64,000 bases of DNA from an uncultured Bacilli bacterium. GTDB taxonomy: Bacteria > Bacillota_I > Bacilli_A > RF39 > UBA660. The DNA lies in the NCBI GenBank assembly GCA_947624275.1, contig CANQJR010000001.1, forward strand, positions 1,064 through 65,063, in the 5' to 3' direction. The position numbers and the translations under genes are program-made. The notes under the pieces are model-generated. The model was not told where the DNA came from. It worked only from the letters and a program-made list of their open reading frames with translations, and searched no databases. Below, one piece after another: positions 59,389 through 64,000 of this stretch. The first letter of the stretch is position 1, and every line of letters begins with the position of its first letter.

Positions 59389-60021
59389 ATGAAAAAAATT
59401 TTAATATTGGAAGATGGAAATATCAATGCTTATGAAGTTGACTATGATCAAGAATACATGAATGTATGCTTGGAAGAATATCGTAAGAAATTTTCTCTTC
59501 TGAAATGCGAAAAATTTTATACTGATGATGAGTGCACGAGAGAGAATGCTAAAAACCGTATAGTGTGTTTTGATGATGTTGCGTCTTTTGCTGTATCATC
59601 TGAAGATGATGAGAGTACAGAGGTGACTATTATTGGTGCTTTCAATCCGATTCTCTATAACATATTTAGTGATAAAAATGGCAATTTTTCTCTCACTTCT
59701 TCCAAGATAAGCGCGTTGATGAGCTGGTATGAAGCGTTTAATAACGGCAGGGGAATAATTGAGAGAAAATATTCTGAAAAAAATAATGCCATTCCCGATT
59801 GTGATGATTTTTACAATTTGGATGAGAAGGCCCATATTGAGGAAAATATTAAGGATTTACTGGGAGATGTCACATTTAAGTATTGTGGGCCTGTATCGAG
59901 TTGTCATGAATATGATGAATACACAGCCAAAAAGGCTTCTGATTTCATTAAAACTTTTAATTTACCAGTGAAAAGATCAAAAGTGCTCATCAAACGTCAT
60001 GAAAAAAAGAGTTCAAACTGA
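59389..60021 (+). CDS. Hypothetical protein (210 aa) with scattered Cys residues
   Basis: RBS AAGGTGA; no family recognised. Confidence 0.4.
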   Translation: MKKILILEDGNINAYEVDYDQEYMNVCLEEYRKKFSLLKCEKFYTDDECTRENAKNRIVCFDDVASFAVSSEDDESTEVTIIGAFNPILYNIFSDKNGNFSLTSSKISALMSWYEAFNNGRGIIERKYSEKNNAIPDCDDFYNLDEKAHIEENIKDLLGDVTFKYCGPVSSCHEYDEYTAKKASDFIKTFNLPVKRSKVLIKRHEKKSSN

Positions 60022-60033
60022 TTGAACTCTTTT
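60001..60033. terminator. Bidirectional terminator between the 59389 gene (+) and the ferredoxin gene (-)
   Basis: AGAGTTCAA-actga-TTGAACTCT 9-bp stem. Confidence 0.65.
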
Positions 60034-60220
60034 ATTCTTCTACAATGGCACCTGTTGGACAACTCTCAACAGCGTCTTTGACATCATCGCATTCACTCTC
60101 TGGTACATCACTAACTTTAGCTGTTGATAAACCGTCATCTTCAATTTCGAAGACGTTAGGAGCGATTGCTTGACAAGCACCACAACCGATGCAATTATCT
60201 TTTACAACTTTTACTTTCAT
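60032..60220 (-). CDS. 4Fe-4S ferredoxin
   Basis: CIGCGACQAIAP...CPTGAI cluster-binding motifs; RBS GAGGAAG. Confidence 0.85.
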   Translation of the reverse strand: MKVKVVKDNCIGCGACQAIAPNVFEIEDDGLSTAKVSDVPESECDDVKDAVESCPTGAIVEE

Positions 60221-60345
60221 AATCTTCCTCCTCAATAATTATAATACAAAACTAATATATGTACAAATTAATTCTTTCTTTAAATTTATGTATTTGAAAA
60301 TATAATGATATATGTTAAAATAAACTTAGAATAGGAGGTATTGAT

Positions 60346-61176
60346 ATGGAGACGAGATCGTCAAGGCATATGGCTGAAGATATATCAAGTAAACCTGAAT
60401 CTAGCAGAACTAATAAAAATAGATATTTGTATGATGAAGTTAACAATGGTATTGGATATGGTGCTTTCGATGGGTTTTCCAATGGTGATAATGCTAAAGA
60501 TTTAACCATTAAAAAGCGCGAAGATTATCATAAGACGAGAAATACCGATCCTATTGACAATGAAGTTGATAAGCAAGAAGAAGATAAGGTGTATGACATA
60601 AATTCCATTTTGGAAGAGGCTAAAAAGAATCGTACATTGACTGAAGAAGAGGATAAAAAACGTCAATTTCAAAAAGCAGAATATAATATTTTAGAAGATT
60701 TAAATCAGAAATATATAAATAAAAAAGAAAAAATAGATGCAGAATTAGAAAATGCTGGCATTAGAGAATTGATTGATACTATCACTTCTAAAAGTTTACC
60801 TAAAGACTTGTTAGAAGCCCAAAAGAGTGAACAAGAAGACGATGATAAAGAATTGATGAGTGATTTGATGGCGACGAGTACGATGACTGCTCTTAACGAT
60901 ATCAATTTAGAAGAAGAGATAGCCAAAGAAATCTTAGTTGAAAAAGAAGAACGTGATGATGACGAAGCTGATGAGATAAAAAAAGAAGATGGTCGTCTGG
61001 TCAATTCTTTTTATACGCGAAGTATGGATTTGACAGAACACGATTTCGATTTTCGTGATGATACGAATGAGGAGCGCAAAGAAAAGAGAAAAATTTGGAT
61101 TTTAGTGATATTGATTGCTCTCGTCATTTTGACAATTGTGGCGTTATTCGTCTTAAAAGAACTAGAGTTGATATAG
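60346..61176 (+). CDS. Hypothetical acidic, coiled-coil, C-terminally tail-anchored membrane protein
   Basis: Strong RBS AGGAGG; Glu/Lys-rich low-complexity body; single C-terminal TM (IWILVILIALVILTIVALFVL). Confidence 0.5.
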   Translation: METRSSRHMAEDISSKPESSRTNKNRYLYDEVNNGIGYGAFDGFSNGDNAKDLTIKKREDYHKTRNTDPIDNEVDKQEEDKVYDINSILEEAKKNRTLTEEEDKKRQFQKAEYNILEDLNQKYINKKEKIDAELENAGIRELIDTITSKSLPKDLLEAQKSEQEDDDKELMSDLMATSTMTALNDINLEEEIAKEILVEKEERDDDEADEIKKEDGRLVNSFYTRSMDLTEHDFDFRDDTNEERKEKRKIWILVILIALVILTIVALFVLKELELI

Positions 61177-61198
61177 GTGATTAATGTCACCTTTTTTT
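61175..61198 (+). terminator. Rho-independent terminator
   Basis: AGGTGA-ttaatg-TCACCT stem followed by TTTTTTT. Confidence 0.6.
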
Positions 61199-61211
61199 CA
61201 TATCATTTAAT

Positions 61212-61910
61212 ATGTTAAAAAGAAAATTTGTCTTGATTTTTATTTTTATAACTCTTTTGGTAGCAATATCAGTCTTTTTGTTCGGACGACTAATTGATCA
61301 AAAAATGTCTGAATACGTCACTGAAGAAGTGAATAAGGTGTCAAAAGCTTTGATAAGAGAGATATTAAATGATGAATTTTTTGAAGAAGTTGACTTGGAC
61401 GATCTTTTCATCATCAACAAAAATAGTGATGGTGAAATAGAAATGATCGATTTGAATACGGTTAAAGTGAATAATGTATTAGGAAAAATTAATGAAGAAA
61501 TAATTTATTATTTTGGAGAATTTGATCACGGAAATACAACTTTGATCAAAAAGTATTCATCATTATTTCAAAGATATACCAATAGAAGTGAAAGTGGTCT
61601 TTTCATCAACATCCCACTGGGAATTATCTTTACGAATCCCATCGTCATCAGCATTGGTCCCAAAATACCGATTAAAATGTTGTTGAGTGGTCAAGTGGAG
61701 TCGGATATTTCCACCAGCATTAAACAATATGGAATAAATAATGTTCTTTTAGAAATCGATGCTGACATCAAAGTTAGAGAAAAGATCATTTTTCCTTTTT
61801 CCAGTCATTATGTCGATGTAAAGTTAAAAGTACCACTCATCATTGAATTGATTTCGGGAAAAATACCAGAAAACTTTTTGAACAGTCAAAATTCTGATAT
61901 AATAAAATAG
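61212..61910 (+). CDS. yunB: Sporulation protein YunB
   Basis: IPLGIIFTNPIVISIGPKIPIKMLLSGQVESDISTSIKQYGINNVLLEI closely parallels B. subtilis YunB (IPLGVLTGNALFTNFGPKVPIRLSITGDVHSDV...GINNTWLEV); N-terminal TM. Confidence 0.75.
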   Translation: MLKRKFVLIFIFITLLVAISVFLFGRLIDQKMSEYVTEEVNKVSKALIREILNDEFFEEVDLDDLFIINKNSDGEIEMIDLNTVKVNNVLGKINEEIIYYFGEFDHGNTTLIKKYSSLFQRYTNRSESGLFINIPLGIIFTNPIVISIGPKIPIKMLLSGQVESDISTSIKQYGINNVLLEIDADIKVREKIIFPFSSHYVDVKLKVPLIIELISGKIPENFLNSQNSDIIK

Positions 61911-61924
61911 ATGGAGTGATAAGT

Positions 61925-62218
61925 ATGAAAAAAGTACAGATTAATGATATCGATTACGTCGTTGAAAAAGACTATAAAAATGCTTTTGATTTGGAAACAG
62001 TTAAAGAATTGTGTACGGATTATTTTATGGATTTCGATTACATCTTTGGCGACTACTCATATTCTAAATTGCGTTTAAAAGGTTTTTACGATAGTAAAAA
62101 TAAGAAGAGAAAAGATATAAATGACATCAAGGGTCTTGATGATTACATAAAGAAATATTGTTCTTATGACTGTCAATATTTTGTTCTGCGTAAAGAAAAC
62201 GAAAAAATAGACAAATAA
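61925..62218 (+). CDS. yutD: YutD-family protein (DUF1027)
   Basis: DYIFGDYSYSKLRLKGFYD matches the DUF1027 core (DYIVGDWGYGQLRLKGF). Confidence 0.65.
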   Translation: MKKVQINDIDYVVEKDYKNAFDLETVKELCTDYFMDFDYIFGDYSYSKLRLKGFYDSKNKKRKDINDIKGLDDYIKKYCSYDCQYFVLRKENEKIDK

Positions 62219-62284
62219 ATGTTGAAATATTTATTTGAATTGTGTTAAAATTAATGGTAGTAGAGAATAAAGGGAGGCAATATT

Positions 62285-62653
62285 ATGTCAGAAGATAAGA
62301 AATTAATGTCTATAGTGTTAGAAGATGGATCAATTGACGAGGTAGAAGTCCTTTTATCATTTGAATTTACAGATACTAAGAAAGAGTATATCGTTTATAC
62401 AAAAAATGAGACAGATGACAATGGTAATGTGACGATCTATGTGGCATCTTTGATTAGAGAAGAAGATAGTGATCCTATTTTAGGTAGTGTTGAATCTGAC
62501 GAAGAGTGGACTAGAATAAAGAGCGTGTTGAAAGAGTTATCTAAGCCTGATACTGATGATGAAGAAAATGGTGAATCTGAACAACCAGTATCAACTGCTG
62601 AATCTGCACCAGCTGAAGGACAACCAGTAACACCTGAAACACAACAACAATAA
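62285..62653 (+). CDS. DUF1292 (UPF0473) family protein with an acidic/Pro-rich C-terminal tail
   Basis: IVLEDGSIDEVEVLLSFEFTDTKKEYIVYT... DUF1292 pattern; RBS AAGGGAGG. Confidence 0.6.
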   Translation: MSEDKKLMSIVLEDGSIDEVEVLLSFEFTDTKKEYIVYTKNETDDNGNVTIYVASLIREEDSDPILGSVESDEEWTRIKSVLKELSKPDTDDEENGESEQPVSTAESAPAEGQPVTPETQQQ

Positions 62654-62677
62654 TAATAATAAAAGGAGGTTTTATTA

Positions 62678-64000
62678 TGACAGATGAATATGGGGACGAA
62701 AGTTTCGTTAGATTGACTGATAGTAATATCACAACTGCTAAACGTAGTAATAAACCTAAGAAAGCAGCTAATACAGCCCAAACCCATCAAGGACTTTTAT
62801 ACAATAGAAGTCATGGTAAATTGTTGAAAAAAATAGTTAAATATAATAGAGCATATAACGAATTGCAAAGATTGGCTGAAAACGTTAATGAGGCAAGACC
62901 AATGCCTGATGAAGAGTCAGAGGAATTCGATTATACTGAAGTAAAAGAAGCTATTGATAAATACAATGTGCAAGCTAGACGTCTAGCTAAATTGGGAGGA
63001 CAAATTTTAGCTTATACTGATAATTTATCTAAAATCGGTTTCGCTAGCAATCAAAGTGCTCGTGCCATCAAAGTTCCTGGATTCTTAATCGGACCATTGC
63101 GCATGTTGACAGCTGTTGGACGTGAACAAGCTAAAAAAGAAAAAGAGATGTCTAAACAGATATTTGATGTTGCACAACAAGCCGTTGGAACTCCAGAAGG
63201 TTCTATTGATGAAGTTCTTTTGAACTCTTTGAAAACAGATGAAACAGATTTGGGATTGACACCATTAGATCAACCTGTTCCTGACATAGAAGAAACTCAA
63301 TCTATTACGCCTCCAAGTGTAGAAGAAGAGAGTTACAGAGAAGAAACGGAAGAAGAAAAGAGATCTCAAGTTGACAATGCCATTGCTAGAAGAGTGCAAA
63401 TGGAAAATAGTCCAGTTGTCGATGAGAGTGATGTTAGAACTAATATATTCAATAATTTGAGAAATCTCTCTCAAAATTATGCTACTGAAAGATTTGTAGT
63501 TGAAAATCATGCTTCAGATATATTATTAGCCAAACATGATGGCGTTCAAACTAAGGTTTCACCATCACAATTGGGAAGAATGTTGAACATTGATGAAGAT
63601 TTGGCTGAGACATATAAAACATTTGTAAAAATGACAAAGTTCAGTGAGTTGTGGGCAAAGACATTTGGTGAAGAAATGGCCTTTACTCCTGATAAACAAG
63701 AAGTTTTCAACTTCTTATATGATAACTCAGAAATGGATACAGAAACGTTGTTAAAAACTGCTCAAGAACAATTGTCAGAAGAGAGTTTGGCTGATTTACA
63801 AAAGATTGTTTCTAGTGATGAAGAGACTGTCAAAAATGGTATGGAAGCAATCAATACATGCTTCAAAAACGAAAACGTCGATGAGAGAACAGACGTAGAG
63901 GTTGAAGAAAATGTTGATGTCGATGAAGCCGAGAGACAGAGACAATTAGTGGCAAAGGGAATGCAAAAGAGAGCTGAATCTAAATATGGTTTAAGATCAG
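62678..64000 (+). CDS. Large hypothetical protein, 5' portion only (more than 440 aa; open to the window end)
   Basis: Strong RBS AAAGGAGG 8 nt before ATG 62678. No stop in frame to position 64000. Not in the ORF track because it has no stop within the window. Confidence 0.6.

Noticed and set aside
1-64000. Mobile elements, prophage, integrases, transposases, CRISPR-Cas
   Set aside because: No recombinase, transposase or cas gene signatures, no terminal inverted repeats, and no spacer-repeat arrays were seen on either strand.

Overview
This window is a 64 kb chromosomal segment from a low-GC Firmicute (about 30% GC, standard genetic code, Shine-Dalgarno sites of the GGAGG/GGTGA type). Genes are densely packed on both strands. 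No rRNA, tRNA, CRISPR array, transposase or integrase was found. Sporulation genes are present: a spoIIA-like operon followed by spoVAC/spoVAD/spoVAEb in the clostridial order, yunB and yutD. Together with a ClpB that lacks its N-domain, this suggests an Erysipelotrichia- or Clostridia-like spore former; that placement is tentative.

The main blocks, in order:
1. 1-5613: a cell-wall glycopolymer locus (TagG/TagH-like ABC exporter, a GT2, a Wzy/WaaL-like membrane domain fused to a GT4, and a split Alg14/Alg13-like transferase).
2. rpoZ, recX, prsA, two tandem tiny transmembrane peptides, and a HIT protein.
3. A suf operon in the order sufC, a short sufD, sufS, sufU, an unknown gene, sufB; then ssb.
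4. A Ca-type P-type ATPase, a stand-alone GlmU acetyltransferase-domain protein, pdp, a VanY-type carboxypeptidase, a metallophosphoesterase, a DacB-like carboxypeptidase, and Nudix.
5. A SpoIIAA-like protein followed directly by sigF-like and spoVAC/AD/AEb, then scpA/scpB, rluA and an N-domain-less clpB.
6. nrdD, a separate 60-aa glycyl-radical ORF, nrdG, and a PHP phosphoesterase.
7. A sortase B locus: a Cys-rich substrate ending in NPHTG, and a SrtB carrying a ~270-aa N-terminal extension.
8. Three unknown membrane proteins, feoAB, an ABC-F ATPase, a rhodanese, dedA, rmuC, tex, trpS, a DacF-like carboxypeptidase, rluB, a ferredoxin, yunB, yutD, a DUF1292 protein, and a large unknown ORF that runs off the window end.

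The most notable observations are: (a) the apparently fissioned nrdD, (b) the atypical sortase B system, (c) a sigF operon with no spoIIAB and a SpoIIAA-like protein that lacks the phosphorylatable serine, (d) an extra gene inserted into the suf operon, and (e) the stand-alone GlmU C-terminal domain.
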